DNA from: Lachnospiraceae bacterium
GTDB taxonomy: Bacteria; Bacillota; Clostridia; Lachnospirales; Lachnospiraceae
Reading direction: 5' to 3'
Assembly: GCA_017511185.1 (NCBI GenBank)
Contig: JAFWLF010000093.1
Location: 737 to 32,736 of the forward strand
Length of the DNA stretch: 32,000 nucleotides
Numbering within the stretch: position 1 is the stretch's first letter; every line of letters begins with the position of its first letter. The notes beneath the pieces were generated by a model. That model worked only from the letters and a program-made list of their open reading frames with translations. It made no database searches and was not told the DNA's origin. This document shows positions 1-10,181 of the stretch, in pieces. Position numbers and translations under genes: made by a program.

Positions 1-1371
1 TTCCGGGAGATCTTCCTAGTGCTTGGACGCAAGAACGGGAAGACGCTGCTCGCTGCCGGCATAGCGGAATATATGACATTTCTCGACGGGGAATACGGTG
101 CCCGCATCTATTTCGCAGCACCGAAGCTGGAACAGGCTGCCCTGTGCTTCGACGCTTACTACCAGATGATCAAGCAAGAGCCGGAACTGAAGAAGATGGC
201 TCAGAAGCGCCGGACGGATATTTATATCGCGTCGAGCAACTCGTCTGCGCGGCCGCTGGCATTCAATGCTAAGAAAAGTGATGGTCTGAATATCTCCTGT
301 GCAATAGCTGACGAGTGCGCCAGCTGGCAGGGAGACGCAGGACTGAAGTTCTACGAAGTAATCAAGTCCTCCATGGGCGCGAGAAAGCAGCCGATGCTTC
401 TCTCCATCTCCACTTCCGGATATATCAACGACGGCATCTACGACGAGCTGATCAAGAGATCAACTCGTTTTTTGATGGGAGATTCCAGAGAAAAGCGGTT
501 GCTTCCGTGCCTGTATATGATTGATGATGTTGAAAAATGGAATGATATCAATGAACTTCAGAAGAGCAACCCGAATCTGGGCGTATCGATCTCCGTGGAG
601 TATATGCTCGAGGAGATTGCGATCGCAGAGGGATCACTTTCAAAAAAAGCGGAATTCTTAGCAAAATACTGCAACATCAAGCAGAATTCGTCAGTGGCAT
701 GGCTGCCGGCGCAGACGGTGGAGCGGGCGAGCGGGGAGCATCTGGATCTGGAAGACTTCCGGGACAGCTACGCAGTAGGAGGAATCGACCTTTCACAGAC
801 GCGTGACCTGACGGCCTGCACAATCGTGATCGAGCGGGACGGGGAGCTCTATGTTTTCGCAAAATTCTTTCTGCCGGCGGAAAAGATCGACGAGGCGATC
901 CAGCGGGACGGAATCCCATACAACATCTATGTCGAGCGAGGCCTGCTGCAGGTGAGCGGGGATAATTATATCGATTACCATGACTGCTTCAACTGGTTTA
1001 CAGCCCTGATTGAGCAGTATCAGATCTTTCCTCTCCAGACAGGTTATGACCGTTACTGTGCACAGTACCTGGTGCAGGATATGAAACAGTACGGATTCCA
1101 TATGGATGACGTTTATCAGGGAGAAAACATCTATCCGGTCATCCTGGAAACGGAAGGCCTCCTGGAAGACGGCAGAATCCATATCGGAGACAATGATCTG
1201 CTGAAAATGCACCTGCTGAACAGCGCAATAAAAATGTCTGTAGAGCGGGGCCGGGGACGCCTGGTAAAGATCAATCCTTCTCTGCACATAGACGGCGCAG
1301 CTGCACTTCTGGATGCGATGACGGTCCGGCAAAAATGGTATGCAGAAATCGGCGAACAGCTGAAAAACTGA
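1..1371 (+). CDS. terL: Terminase large subunit, 5'-truncated by the window edge
   Basis: The frame is open from base 1 (FREIFLVLGRKNGKT, a Walker-A-like motif). The nuclease-half motifs look typical of TerL. It lies directly upstream of the portal gene. Confidence 0.9.
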   Translation, partial: FREIFLVLGRKNGKTLLAAGIAEYMTFLDGEYGARIYFAAPKLEQAALCFDAYYQMIKQEPELKKMAQKRRTDIYIASSNSSARPLAFNAKKSDGLNISCAIADECASWQGDAGLKFYEVIKSSMGARKQPMLLSISTSGYINDGIYDELIKRSTRFLMGDSREKRLLPCLYMIDDVEKWNDINELQKSNPNLGVSISVEYMLEEIAIAEGSLSKKAEFLAKYCNIKQNSSVAWLPAQTVERASGEHLDLEDFRDSYAVGGIDLSQTRDLTACTIVIERDGELYVFAKFFLPAEKIDEAIQRDGIPYNIYVERGLLQVSGDNYIDYHDCFNWFTALIEQYQIFPLQTGYDRYCAQYLVQDMKQYGFHMDDVYQGENIYPVILETEGLLEDGRIHIGDNDLLKMHLLNSAIKMSVERGRGRLVKINPSLHIDGAAALLDAMTVRQKWYAEIGEQLKN

Positions 1372-1381
1372 GGTTAAAACT

Positions 1382-2569
1382 ATGGGATTATTTGAAAAAC
1401 TATTTGGGAACCGGCCAAAGGCACGAGGAGAGCTGCAGACGTTCAGAATGTTGAACGGGTATACACCAGTCTTCACAACATTCTCCGGCGGCCTTTATGA
1501 GAGCGAACTGGTCCGAGCGGCAATCAATGCGCTGTCCACGCACATCTCAAAGCTGAATGTCGAAATCAAAGGCGCCGCAAAACCGTCGATGCAGACACTG
1601 CTGAAACACGCGCCGAACGAGTTCCAAACATGGAGCCAGTTCCTGTCCAGGGCTGCAACAATTTACTATACAAGCAATAACCTGATCATTACGCCGGTAT
1701 GGGATGAATACGGGCAGATCAGCGGAATGTATACTCCGCTTCCGTCACGCTGCGAGATCGTGCAGTATCAGAACGTGCCGTATTTGCGCTATGAGTTTTC
1801 AAACGGACAGAGGGCAGCCGTCGAGCTGTCGGCCTGCGGGATAATGCCTAGGATGCAGTACAGGGACGATTTCTTCGGGACTGATAACTCCGCACTTTTC
1901 CCGACAATGGAACTGATCAACATCCAGAACCAGGGCATCGAGGAAGGCGTGAAGAGCGCTGCCACTTACCGCTTCATGGCTCAGCTGTCGAACTTCTCGA
2001 AGGCGGAGGATCTGGCCAAAGAGCGGAAGCGCTTTACTACGGAAAACCTGGCAACGGACGCGGAAGGCGGCGGTCTGCTGCTTTTCCCGAATACATACAC
2101 AAACATCAAGCAGATCGACGCGAAGCCGTTTGTAGTGGATGCGGATCAGATGAAGATCATCAAGGAAAACGTGTATCAGTATTTCGGAGTAAATGAAAAG
2201 ATCCTGACGAATTCCTTTGACGCGGAGATATGGTCTGCTTTCTATGAAGGGGCCATCGAGCCATGGGCGATTCATTTCTCTGAAGTGCTGACAAAGATGC
2301 TTTTCACCGGACGGGAGCAGTCACTTGGAAATCTGGTGATAGCCACGGCGAACCGGCTGCAGTATATGTCGAACGGTGATAAGCTGCGCGTCTCCGCGCA
2401 GATGGCGGACAGAGGTCTGATGACCAGAAACGAGATCCGCGAGATCTGGAACTTGGCACCGCTTCCGGAGCCTTACGGAAGCCAGCTGCCGATCCGCGGA
2501 GAATACTACAACGTTGGAGAAGACAAAAAGATCGGGGAGGATAAAGACGATGAATCCGGAACAAAATGA
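1382..2569 (+). CDS. Portal protein (HK97 family)
   Basis: 395 aa, positioned between terL and the prohead protease. Sequence pattern is typical of HK97-type portals. Confidence 0.88.
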   Translation: MGLFEKLFGNRPKARGELQTFRMLNGYTPVFTTFSGGLYESELVRAAINALSTHISKLNVEIKGAAKPSMQTLLKHAPNEFQTWSQFLSRAATIYYTSNNLIITPVWDEYGQISGMYTPLPSRCEIVQYQNVPYLRYEFSNGQRAAVELSACGIMPRMQYRDDFFGTDNSALFPTMELINIQNQGIEEGVKSAATYRFMAQLSNFSKAEDLAKERKRFTTENLATDAEGGGLLLFPNTYTNIKQIDAKPFVVDADQMKIIKENVYQYFGVNEKILTNSFDAEIWSAFYEGAIEPWAIHFSEVLTKMLFTGREQSLGNLVIATANRLQYMSNGDKLRVSAQMADRGLMTRNEIREIWNLAPLPEPYGSQLPIRGEYYNVGEDKKIGEDKDDESGTK

Positions 2570-3176
2570 GATCAGAATGTTTGATTTCGATATCCGGGCG
2601 GAGCAGAACGACGAGCACGGCCACCATCTGACGGGCAGACCGATTGTCTTCGGAGTGCGCACGGATCTAGGATGGTATGATGAGATTATCGACCAGGGGG
2701 CACTGGATGGAACAGACCTGAAAGATGTACGCTTCCTGGTAAACCACAACACCGATATGATTCCGCTTGCACGTTCGCGGAACAACAACGCGAAAAGCAC
2801 CATGCAGATGGAAGTGGACGCGCAGGGCATGACTATCCGCGTTGATCTTGACACGGAAAACAATGCCGATGCAAGAAGCCTTTACTCCGCTGTGGATCGG
2901 GGGGACATTTCCGGAATGTCTTTCATGTTCCGTGTGGATAAAGATAGCTGGGATGATATAGACACGGATCATCCGACAAGACATATCCGGAGCTTCCGGA
3001 AAGTTTTCGAGGTGTCCGCCGTGACTTTCCCAGCATATGAACAGACCTCGATATCTGCAAGGGGCCTGTCTGATGCGCTGGAGAGCGCAAGGGCATCACT
3101 GGAGAGTGAAAGAGCCGAGAAGCGGGAGATCGAGAGGAAAAAACAGAGGATCAAGATCCTCACGGAGGTAATGTAA
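2550..3176 (+). CDS. Prohead maturation protease (HK97 / S78-like)
   Basis: ATG at 2550 is preceded by GGGGAGG. The track ORF starts at 2514, but 2550 fits the RBS and the portal stop better. The VNHN...GMSFMF pattern and a basic C-terminal tail match this family. Confidence 0.85.
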   Translation: MNPEQNEIRMFDFDIRAEQNDEHGHHLTGRPIVFGVRTDLGWYDEIIDQGALDGTDLKDVRFLVNHNTDMIPLARSRNNNAKSTMQMEVDAQGMTIRVDLDTENNADARSLYSAVDRGDISGMSFMFRVDKDSWDDIDTDHPTRHIRSFRKVFEVSAVTFPAYEQTSISARGLSDALESARASLESERAEKREIERKKQRIKILTEVM

Positions 3177-4300
3177 TGGACTTTACTCAGATGACTGCAG
3201 AGCAGCTGATGGAGCGCCGTACGGCTATTGCCGCGGAAATCGACGCGCCGGATGCTGATCTCGATGCGCTGGAAGCAGAAGCCAGAGGCATCAATGAAGA
3301 GCTGGAGAGACGCAGAAACGCGGAAAGCCAGCGCACTGCCATCCGGACCGCCATTGCTGACGGTGCCGGAGAAACAACTAACACTTTTGAAAACCACGAA
3401 AGAGAGGAAAGAAAAATGTTTGGTATTGAAACTGTTGAATACCGTGACGCATGGGTCAAGAAGATCATCGGCCGCGACCTGAACGAGGAAGAGCGTTCTG
3501 CCCTTTCTTCCGCCGGCGCCGTGATCCCGACCATGACCGTGAATGCGGTCTGGGATAAGCTGGTAAAACCTGCTGAGCTGCTCGGCAAGGTCGATGTCAG
3601 CCAGTTCCCGAACTATGTCCGCTTCCCGAAAGCTACGACTGTGAATCCCGCAACTGCTCAGGCCGTCGGCGGCAGCATCTCCGAGTCCAGTGATGTGGTC
3701 GGTTATGTTGATCTCGTCCCGAATGAATATGTCAAGCTCCTCACTGTAGGTGCTGACATTGAACACATGGCCATTCCTGCAATCCATGACTGGATTGTGG
3801 ACAACCTCACCAACAGCATCCGCTATGCTATCAACAAGGACATCGTTGTCGGTACCGGCACAAATGCCCTGAAGGGCCTTACCGCGAGCATCAACGCGAA
3901 TGCCACCGCGATCCCGGCAACGGTCACCAAGGCCTCGCTGCTCAAGATCATGGGCACACTCGGCGCGAACTACCAGAACGGCGCTGTCTGGATCATGACA
4001 CCGACTATGTTCTTTGAGAACGTGATGACACAGACCACTCTCAACGATTACGTCATCAACGACGGCTTCGAATACAAACTGTTCGGCCATGACGTGGTAC
4101 TGATGTCCGAATGCCTGGTATCCAGCAAGGAAACCGTCTTCTACGGCGATCCGAAGGCCTACAAGGTGAACATCTTCAAGGCTCTGGAAGTGAAGCCCTT
4201 TGAGACCGCGACCACCACGAACATCCAGTTCCGTGGCGCCTGCATGGCTGACGGCGAACTGCTTGACACCAGCGCCTTCGTGAGATTCGCACAGACCTGA
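3176..4300 (+). CDS. Major capsid protein (HK97 fold) with N-terminal coiled-coil delta domain
   Basis: 374 aa. The N-terminus is charged and helical. It directly follows the protease with an ATGA-type start-stop overlap. Confidence 0.9.
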   Translation: MDFTQMTAEQLMERRTAIAAEIDAPDADLDALEAEARGINEELERRRNAESQRTAIRTAIADGAGETTNTFENHEREERKMFGIETVEYRDAWVKKIIGRDLNEEERSALSSAGAVIPTMTVNAVWDKLVKPAELLGKVDVSQFPNYVRFPKATTVNPATAQAVGGSISESSDVVGYVDLVPNEYVKLLTVGADIEHMAIPAIHDWIVDNLTNSIRYAINKDIVVGTGTNALKGLTASINANATAIPATVTKASLLKIMGTLGANYQNGAVWIMTPTMFFENVMTQTTLNDYVINDGFEYKLFGHDVVLMSECLVSSKETVFYGDPKAYKVNIFKALEVKPFETATTTNIQFRGACMADGELLDTSAFVRFAQT

Positions 4301-4325
4301 TAAACCATAACATCGGAGAAAATCC

Positions 4326-4958
4326 ATGAGGACACTGGTTGCCGTCCCGTGCATGGACATGATGCACACGCAGTTTGTAAGCTCGCTTGTCGGGCTGAAG
4401 CTCGGTGATGATTACGAAGTGAGATTCGGAGCATCGTCACTGGTTTACGATACAAGGAATCAGCTTCTGGTGTATGCACTGGAAAACGGGTTTGACAGGA
4501 TCCTCTGGCTTGACTCCGATATGGTTTTCACACCTGACGTTCTGGCCTGCCTTGAGCAGGATGCGGACAAGGGTTTTGATATTGTGAGCGGCTTGTATTT
4601 CAAACGCAAGCCGCCACACTCTCCCGTCGTGTTCAGGCGGTGCGAGGTTGTCAAAACGGAAGACGGGAAGGTCGACCCGGTAAACGAGGTTTTCAGCGAC
4701 TATCCGGATGAATGCCTGTTTGAGATCGCTGCCTGCGGGTTAGGCTGTGTTCTGATGAACATGGAAACCGTGCGGCGCGTGACAGAGGCATACGGAAGAT
4801 GGCTTTTTATGCCGCTCAGCGGCTTCGGTGAAGATCTCAGCTTCTGCCTGAGGGCAAGGGCAGCCGGCCTGAGAATATGGTGCGACAGCCGTGCGAAGTG
4901 TGGCCATGTCGGAGAGATGATCTTTGATGAAGACTATTACAAGAGGTTGCAGGAATGA
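4326..4958 (+). CDS. GT-A fold (family-2-like) glycosyltransferase
   Basis: Rossmann-like N-terminus (LVAVPCMD), a DxD motif in WLDSDMVF, then DIVSGLYF. RBS is GGAGAAAATCC before the ATG. No terminator separates it from the capsid gene. Confidence 0.65.
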   Translation: MRTLVAVPCMDMMHTQFVSSLVGLKLGDDYEVRFGASSLVYDTRNQLLVYALENGFDRILWLDSDMVFTPDVLACLEQDADKGFDIVSGLYFKRKPPHSPVVFRRCEVVKTEDGKVDPVNEVFSDYPDECLFEIAACGLGCVLMNMETVRRVTEAYGRWLFMPLSGFGEDLSFCLRARAAGLRIWCDSRAKCGHVGEMIFDEDYYKRLQE

Positions 4959-5143
4959 TGAGAGTAACACTTGCCAGAGATACCAGGATCGCGTACAAGG
5001 CCGGAGACACCATTGAGGTATCACCGGATCTTTACAAGCTTCTGGTCGAGACAGGATCCGTGGAAGCGGCTCCGGAAGTTGCTGACGAAATGCTGACGGA
5101 AGCGGAAACTCCGGAAAAACCGAAGCGGACCAGGAAAAAGTAA
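4955..5143 (+). CDS. Hypothetical small protein with a basic C-terminus
   Basis: Start overlaps the glycosyltransferase stop (translational coupling). 62 aa, no recognised motif. Confidence 0.5.
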   Translation: MMRVTLARDTRIAYKAGDTIEVSPDLYKLLVETGSVEAAPEVADEMLTEAETPEKPKRTRKK

Positions 5144-5155
5144 GAGGGCAGTGAA

Positions 5156-5467
5156 ATGGCAATGCTTGATGACGTAAAGGTAGCCGTCCGGCTGACAACC
5201 GATGCCTTTGACAGCGAAATAAACAGCCTGATTGAAGCGGCAAAAGCAGATCTGGGCATTGCGGGAGTTGTTCTGCCGAACGAAATGGATGATATCTGCA
5301 AGCGGGCCATTATTACATATTGCCGCATGAATTTCAGTTATCCGGATGGCGGCGGGCACCTGAACAGCAGCTATGACCGTATGAAATCATCCTATGACGA
5401 GCAGAAGGCTCAGCTGGCCACAGCGACCGGCTATACAGACTGGGGTGACGGGGATGGTAGTAACTGA
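5156..5467 (+). CDS. Head-tail connector protein (gp6-like)
   Basis: The N-terminus MAMLDDVKVAVRLTTDAFDSEINSLIEAAKADL is typical of the gp6-like head-tail connector family. Position in the module fits. Confidence 0.75.
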   Translation: MAMLDDVKVAVRLTTDAFDSEINSLIEAAKADLGIAGVVLPNEMDDICKRAIITYCRMNFSYPDGGGHLNSSYDRMKSSYDEQKAQLATATGYTDWGDGDGSN

Positions 5468-5765
5468 GGATGTCCTGCAGCTCGTGTCCGTTACGAAAAC
5501 TCAGAACAGCTACGGCGTATGGGAAAAAACGGAAACACTGACGCAGGTCTTTTGCAAAGTTTCTTCTATAAGCCAGAGCGAGTTTTTCGAAGCGGGAAGG
5601 AACGGCCTGAATCCGGAATGGCGCTTTATGGTTTTCGCGGGAGACTATAACGGAGAAGAAACTGTAATCTTCCAGAATAAGCGCTACGGCGTTTATCGCA
5701 CTTTCTTTACAGGAGACTGGGTAGAGCTGTACGTCCAGCGAAAAGGCGGAACAAATGGCCAGTAA
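5454..5765 (+). CDS. Head closure / head-tail adaptor protein (SPP1 gp16-like)
   Basis: ATG at 5454 overlaps the upstream stop. The pattern NSYGVWEKTE...FCKV...SEFF.AG matches head-closure proteins. Confidence 0.7.
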   Translation: MVVTEDVLQLVSVTKTQNSYGVWEKTETLTQVFCKVSSISQSEFFEAGRNGLNPEWRFMVFAGDYNGEETVIFQNKRYGVYRTFFTGDWVELYVQRKGGTNGQ

Positions 5766-6156
5766 ACGCACGCCGATCGATAAGCTTGACACAGCAATCA
5801 GCAAGATACTGGAAGAGTATGGTGACGATCTGAAAGAAAACGTAAAATCCGCCGCCAAAGCAGTGACGAAAAAAGGCGTGACTGCCGTAAAGCAGGGAGC
5901 AAGAAGTTCTTTTAAAGGCTCCGGGGATTATCCGAAAGGATGGACGTCAAAATTCGAAGAGGGACGGATCAGCGCACAGGGAATAATCTATAACAAAGAC
6001 CTCCCGGGCTTGCCGCATCTTCTGGAACACGGGCACGCGAAGCGCAACGGCGGAAGAGTTGCCGGCAGGATCCATATCGGGAATGTGGAGCAGGATATTG
6101 TGCAGAAATTTGAAAAGGCGGTGAAGGAAGCCATTGACAGCGCAGGAAATAAATGA
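5755..6156 (+). CDS. HK97 gp10-family tail component
   Basis: The LLEHGHAKRNGGRVAG motif and the position match the HK97 gp10 family. Confidence 0.7.
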   Translation: MASKRTPIDKLDTAISKILEEYGDDLKENVKSAAKAVTKKGVTAVKQGARSSFKGSGDYPKGWTSKFEEGRISAQGIIYNKDLPGLPHLLEHGHAKRNGGRVAGRIHIGNVEQDIVQKFEKAVKEAIDSAGNK

Positions 6157-6469
6157 ACTGATAGACTCGATAGGATTGCCTTATGCTTATTATCAGTTCC
6201 CGGAGAAAACAGATCAGGCGCCACCTTATATCTGCTTTTACATCTCCGGATCCGGTGATTTTATGGCAGACCGGAAAAACTATGTAAAGATCCGTCAGCT
6301 GAATATAGAACTGTACACTGATAATAAAGATTATGATACGGAGAGGACCGTTGAATCGATCCTGGCAGAGAATAATATTTCTTATCAGACCGAAGAGAGC
6401 TATCTTAATAGCGAACGGATGTATATGGTGACATATACATTCGAAATAATTTTGAATGACGAGGTATAA
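6134..6469 (+). CDS. Putative tail terminator / tail completion protein
   Basis: TTG start with a GAAGGAAG RBS. 111 aa, directly upstream of the major tail protein. The call rests on position only. Confidence 0.4.
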   Translation: MTAQEINELIDSIGLPYAYYQFPEKTDQAPPYICFYISGSGDFMADRKNYVKIRQLNIELYTDNKDYDTERTVESILAENNISYQTEESYLNSERMYMVTYTFEIILNDEV

Positions 6470-6471
6470 CA

Positions 6472-7038
6472 ATGGCTAATAAAGTAAAATATGGTCTTTC
6501 CAATGCTTATTATGCTGTTTTGAATGAGACAGCCGGCACTTTCGGAACGCCTGTTGCACTTCCCGGTGCTGTGAATCTTTCGCTTGACCAGGACGGGGAA
6601 ACAAACAAATTCCGCGCTGACAACATTGATTTCTACACAAGCATTTCCAACAACGGCTATACCGGAACTCTTGAGCTGGCGCTGATTCCGGATTCATTCC
6701 TGACGGATGTCATGGGTGAGGAAACAGACGCAACAAACGGACTGCAGTATGAGCTTTCCGACGCAAAGCCGAAGCCGTTTGCTCTTCTTTTCCAGTTTGA
6801 AGGGGATGCAAATGCGGTGCGTCATGTGCTTTACAACTGCAAGGCAACGCGGCCGCAGCTGGCATCGCAGACTACTGAGGAGACGATCACTCCGGTGACG
6901 GAAACCATCAACATCACAGCTGTCGCGTTCAGTACCACTGTCGGAGGGGAGACGGCGCAGATCGTCAAGGCAAAGTGCGTATCCACTGACAGCGCTTATG
7001 AGAACTTCTTCACCGCGGTTCAGCTGCCGACAGCATAA
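6472..7038 (+). CDS. Major tail (tube) protein
   Basis: 188 aa, immediately upstream of the G/GT chaperone pair and the tape measure. Confidence 0.75.
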   Translation: MANKVKYGLSNAYYAVLNETAGTFGTPVALPGAVNLSLDQDGETNKFRADNIDFYTSISNNGYTGTLELALIPDSFLTDVMGEETDATNGLQYELSDAKPKPFALLFQFEGDANAVRHVLYNCKATRPQLASQTTEETITPVTETINITAVAFSTTVGGETAQIVKAKCVSTDSAYENFFTAVQLPTA

Positions 7039-7040
7039 TA

Positions 7041-7370
7041 ATGGAGAGGCAGATCACGATTGACGGCCGCGAGTATCATATGGTGGCCAACGGCGCGTCC
7101 CCGCGCATTTATCGCGGTATGTTCGGAAAGGATGTCTTCAAAGACGCCCAGAATATGGTTGCGGCTGATGGAACGATCAATGACAGCGAGGTGTTTGAGA
7201 ACCTTGCTTTCCTGATGGCTATGCAGGGCGGTGAGATTTCAACAGGTACCAGAATTGAAGACTGGCTTGCCGGAATGGATTCACCGACGGCAATTCTTTC
7301 AGCTGCCCAGGATATTGTGGGTCTTTGGAATGATAATCTGGACCAGGAAAGTGAAGCTAAAAAAAAATAA
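7041..7370 (+). CDS. Tail assembly chaperone, short form (gpG-like)
   Basis: Lies between the tail tube and tape measure genes. It ends ...EAKKK-stop inside a run of nine A residues. Confidence 0.8.
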   Translation: MERQITIDGREYHMVANGASPRIYRGMFGKDVFKDAQNMVAADGTINDSEVFENLAFLMAMQGGEISTGTRIEDWLAGMDSPTAILSAAQDIVGLWNDNLDQESEAKKK

Positions 7371-7555
7371 GACCGACAGACCGAGAAATGAACACGGCGC
7401 TTTATCTGCTGCGCTGTGTGCAGATCGGTCTGTCTATTTCTGATTTGGAATTGCTGAGTATTGGCATGATCTTTGATATGTTCACGGAACAGGCCAACGA
7501 CGAATGGAAGGGATGGCAGGAGAAAGCCACCCAGGATGATTTTGACAGATTCTAA
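7041..7555 (+). CDS. Tail assembly chaperone, long form (gpGT-like) made by a -1 frameshift in the A9 tract
   Basis: The -1 frame opens exactly at 7361, just after an in-frame TAA at 7358-7360. It runs to TAA at 7553-7555 and encodes ...IRPTDREMNTALYLLRCVQIGLSISDLELLSIGMIFDMFTEQ... No start codon or RBS of its own is needed. Confidence 0.7.
7359..7367 (+). promoter_or_regulatory. Slippery A9 tract (A AAA AAA type) for the -1 programmed frameshift
   Basis: gct aaa aaa aaa taa. It sits at the end of the G frame and the start of the open -1 frame. Confidence 0.65.
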
Positions 7556-7567
7556 AGAGGTGGTTAT

Positions 7568-9802
7568 ATGGCAGACAGAATCAAAGGTATAACCATTGAA
7601 ATCGGAGGAGATACCACAAAGCTGCAGTCAGCTTTGAAAGATGTCAACTCCACACTTAAAAGTACACAATCGCAGCTTAAAGATGTCGATAAGCTTCTGA
7701 AGCTGGATCCGACAAACACCGAGCTGCTCCGGCAGAAACAGGCGGCCCTCGGCACGGAGATCGCAGCAACCAGGGAAAAACTGGAAAAGCTGAAAGATGC
7801 GCAGGCCCAGATGGATGCGTCCGGGGTTGATAAAAACTCCCAGGAATACCAGGCACTGCAGCGGGAGATCATTGCCACGGAGCAGGAGCTGAAAGGGCTT
7901 GAAAAGGAAACAAGGAACTTCGGCTCTGTTGGCGCCCAGCAGATCGCAGCGGTCGGTGAGAAACTCAAAACGATCGGCCAGAAAGCTGTCGAAGTCGGGA
8001 AAAACCTGACAACTCACGTCACGCTTCCAATTGTTGCAGCTGCAACAGCAGCAGCGGGAAAGTTTGCAGAAGTCGATAAGATCATGCAGCTGACCAATGC
8101 AACCATGCAGAACACGGAAGATGAAGCAAAACTGCTGAATGATGCCATGAGCGCTGCAGCGGCCAATTCAACCTTCGGCATGGAAGATGCTGCCAATGCA
8201 ACGCTGAACTTTGCGCGTGCCGGTCTGGATGCGAAACAGGCAGCGGCCGCTCTGGCTCCGGCCATGAATCTGGCAGCCGGTGAAGGCGGCAACCTGGACA
8301 CGGTTTCCTCCGGACTTGTTGGTACCATCAACGGCTTTGGGGACAGCTTTGAACGGACGGCGCATTATGCCGATGTGTTTGCAGCTGCGTGTAACAATTC
8401 CGCTCTGGATGTTGACGGCCTGTCAAACGCAATGGGTGTTGCAGCTCCGGTATTTCGGACTGCCGGCATGGAAGTTGAAGATGCTGCACTGATGATTGGT
8501 ATTATGGCCAATGCCAATATAGAAGCTACTGAAGCAGCTAACGCGCTGAAAACAGGCATTGCAAGGCTTGTTGATCCAGCAAAGGAAGGCGCAGAAGCGA
8601 TGGCAGCCCTGGGCCTTGAAATAACCAATGACGATCTGAAAGACGCACACAAGATTTACGATAAACTGCACGCAGCATTCCAAGGATTGAGTGAAAGCGA
8701 ACAGATTGCAGCTGCGTCAGCGATCTTCGGGAAGAACCAGATGGCCAAATTCCTTGCGCTGATCAACACGGCACCGGAAGATGTGGATGCGCTGGAACAG
8801 TCACTGAACAACTGTGCAGGCACGACAAACGAGATGTCGAACGCTATGATGTCTGGATTCGGCGGCTCAATCGAGAAGCTGAAATCATCTCTCGATGTTC
8901 TGATGACGTCGCTTGGCGGCCTGGTTGCAAAGTATATGCAGCCGGTGATCGATAAAGTGCAGGAGTGGGTTGATAAATTCAACAGCCTGGACGAAAGCCA
9001 GCAGAACATGATCGTGAAGATCGGCCTTGTAGTGGCTGCCATCGGGCCGCTGGTCACAGTGATCGGAAGCGTGCTGACCGGCATTGGCCAGTTCATGACG
9101 TTCGCACCGGTTGTCATGACTGCTCTTGGTGCCATCAGTCCGGCGATTGCTCCGATAATTGCCATCATCGGCGCCCTGGTCGCTGCCGGCGTTGCATTGT
9201 ATAAGAACTGGGATACTATCAAAGAGTACGCAGGGCAGCTGAAGGATAAACTTGTCAGTGTCTGGGACACGATCCGGACATCTGTAGGCGCGAAAGTAGA
9301 AGAGCTGCGAGCAGGATGGGACAATCTGAAGCATAGCGCTTTGGATCTGTGGAGCGCTGTTACAAGTGCTTTCAGTAGCATGGTTAATACTGTTTTGTCC
9401 GCTGTTGGCCCGATTATCAATGCGGTGAGGAACATCATAGCGGCTTGCCGTGACGCTTTGTCCTGGCTGAATGCTGTCGGAGAAAAAGGCGCCCAGAGAC
9501 TGGCAAAGAACGAAGCAAACGGATACAGCACATCTCTGGAAGGGTTCGCAGCCGGTGGATTCCCACAGAGCGGGCAGATCTTTCTGGCAAGGGAAGCAGG
9601 CCCTGAAATGGTCGGTACAATCGGCGGAAGATCTGCTGTTGCAAACAATGACCAGATCATTGCAGGAATTAAGCAGGGCGTTTATGAGGCTGTGACATCC
9701 GCCATGGGAGGCAATGGCGGCGTGACAGAAGTCAGGGTGTTCCTGGACAGCAGAGAGATCAAGGCCGGACAGAGAAGGCTCAGCAGGGCGATGGGAGGGT
9801 AA
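7568..9802 (+). CDS. Tape measure protein
   Basis: 744 aa with an N-terminal coiled coil, Ala/Gly-rich and hydrophobic central segments. Canonical position after the G/GT chaperone. Confidence 0.9.
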   Translation: MADRIKGITIEIGGDTTKLQSALKDVNSTLKSTQSQLKDVDKLLKLDPTNTELLRQKQAALGTEIAATREKLEKLKDAQAQMDASGVDKNSQEYQALQREIIATEQELKGLEKETRNFGSVGAQQIAAVGEKLKTIGQKAVEVGKNLTTHVTLPIVAAATAAAGKFAEVDKIMQLTNATMQNTEDEAKLLNDAMSAAAANSTFGMEDAANATLNFARAGLDAKQAAAALAPAMNLAAGEGGNLDTVSSGLVGTINGFGDSFERTAHYADVFAAACNNSALDVDGLSNAMGVAAPVFRTAGMEVEDAALMIGIMANANIEATEAANALKTGIARLVDPAKEGAEAMAALGLEITNDDLKDAHKIYDKLHAAFQGLSESEQIAAASAIFGKNQMAKFLALINTAPEDVDALEQSLNNCAGTTNEMSNAMMSGFGGSIEKLKSSLDVLMTSLGGLVAKYMQPVIDKVQEWVDKFNSLDESQQNMIVKIGLVVAAIGPLVTVIGSVLTGIGQFMTFAPVVMTALGAISPAIAPIIAIIGALVAAGVALYKNWDTIKEYAGQLKDKLVSVWDTIRTSVGAKVEELRAGWDNLKHSALDLWSAVTSAFSSMVNTVLSAVGPIINAVRNIIAACRDALSWLNAVGEKGAQRLAKNEANGYSTSLEGFAAGGFPQSGQIFLAREAGPEMVGTIGGRSAVANNDQIIAGIKQGVYEAVTSAMGGNGGVTEVRVFLDSREIKAGQRRLSRAMGG

Positions 9803-9804
9803 CA

Positions 9805-10179
9805 ATGCTAGACTATACACTGACTATAAATGGCGTTGATTTCACTTCCATGGTTGAGCGGGACAGCTACCAGACGAGCAGGATCCCGATCTATTCGGAA
9901 CGGATCACAACAATTGACGGAGTTGATCATATTGTTATGCTCCGGAATAAGAGCGCACTGTCTTTCAGACTGAATCCGCAAACGGCAGCGCAGACAAAAG
10001 CAGCATATAACGCTCTGATTCAGCAGCCGTGCGAAGTATACTTTTTCAATCTACAGACGCAGGAATATCAGAGCGCCTATATGATTACAGACAGGCAGAC
10101 GGCTGAATATCTGAGCAGGTGCCAATACAAGGGACTGAAATGGAATCAGATCGGGCCGGTCACATTTGAGGAGCTGTAG
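9805..10179 (+). CDS. Tail tip / baseplate component, family unclear
   Basis: 124 aa, directly after the tape measure. Called from position only. Confidence 0.4.
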   Translation: MLDYTLTINGVDFTSMVERDSYQTSRIPIYSERITTIDGVDHIVMLRNKSALSFRLNPQTAAQTKAAYNALIQQPCEVYFFNLQTQEYQSAYMITDRQTAEYLSRCQYKGLKWNQIGPVTFEEL

Positions 10180-10181
10180 CA

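Noticed and set aside
2969-4369. 466-aa ORF on the minus strand, antisense to the protease and capsid genes
   Set aside because: It is a shadow ORF opposite strongly supported, motif-bearing structural genes. The composition is low-complexity, there is no RBS, and it would break the co-directional late operon.
7231-7443. 70-aa ORF overlapping the chaperone 3' end, considered as the frameshift product
   Set aside because: It is in the +1 frame relative to gpG and terminates at 7443. The frame that carries the conserved T-like extension to 7555 is the -1 frame, which opens at 7361.
8656-9820. Minus-strand ORFs of 334 aa and 311 aa inside the tape measure gene
   Set aside because: They are antisense shadows of a GC-rich, Ala-rich gene. 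There are no start signals and the products are low-complexity Ser/Ala/Pro-rich.
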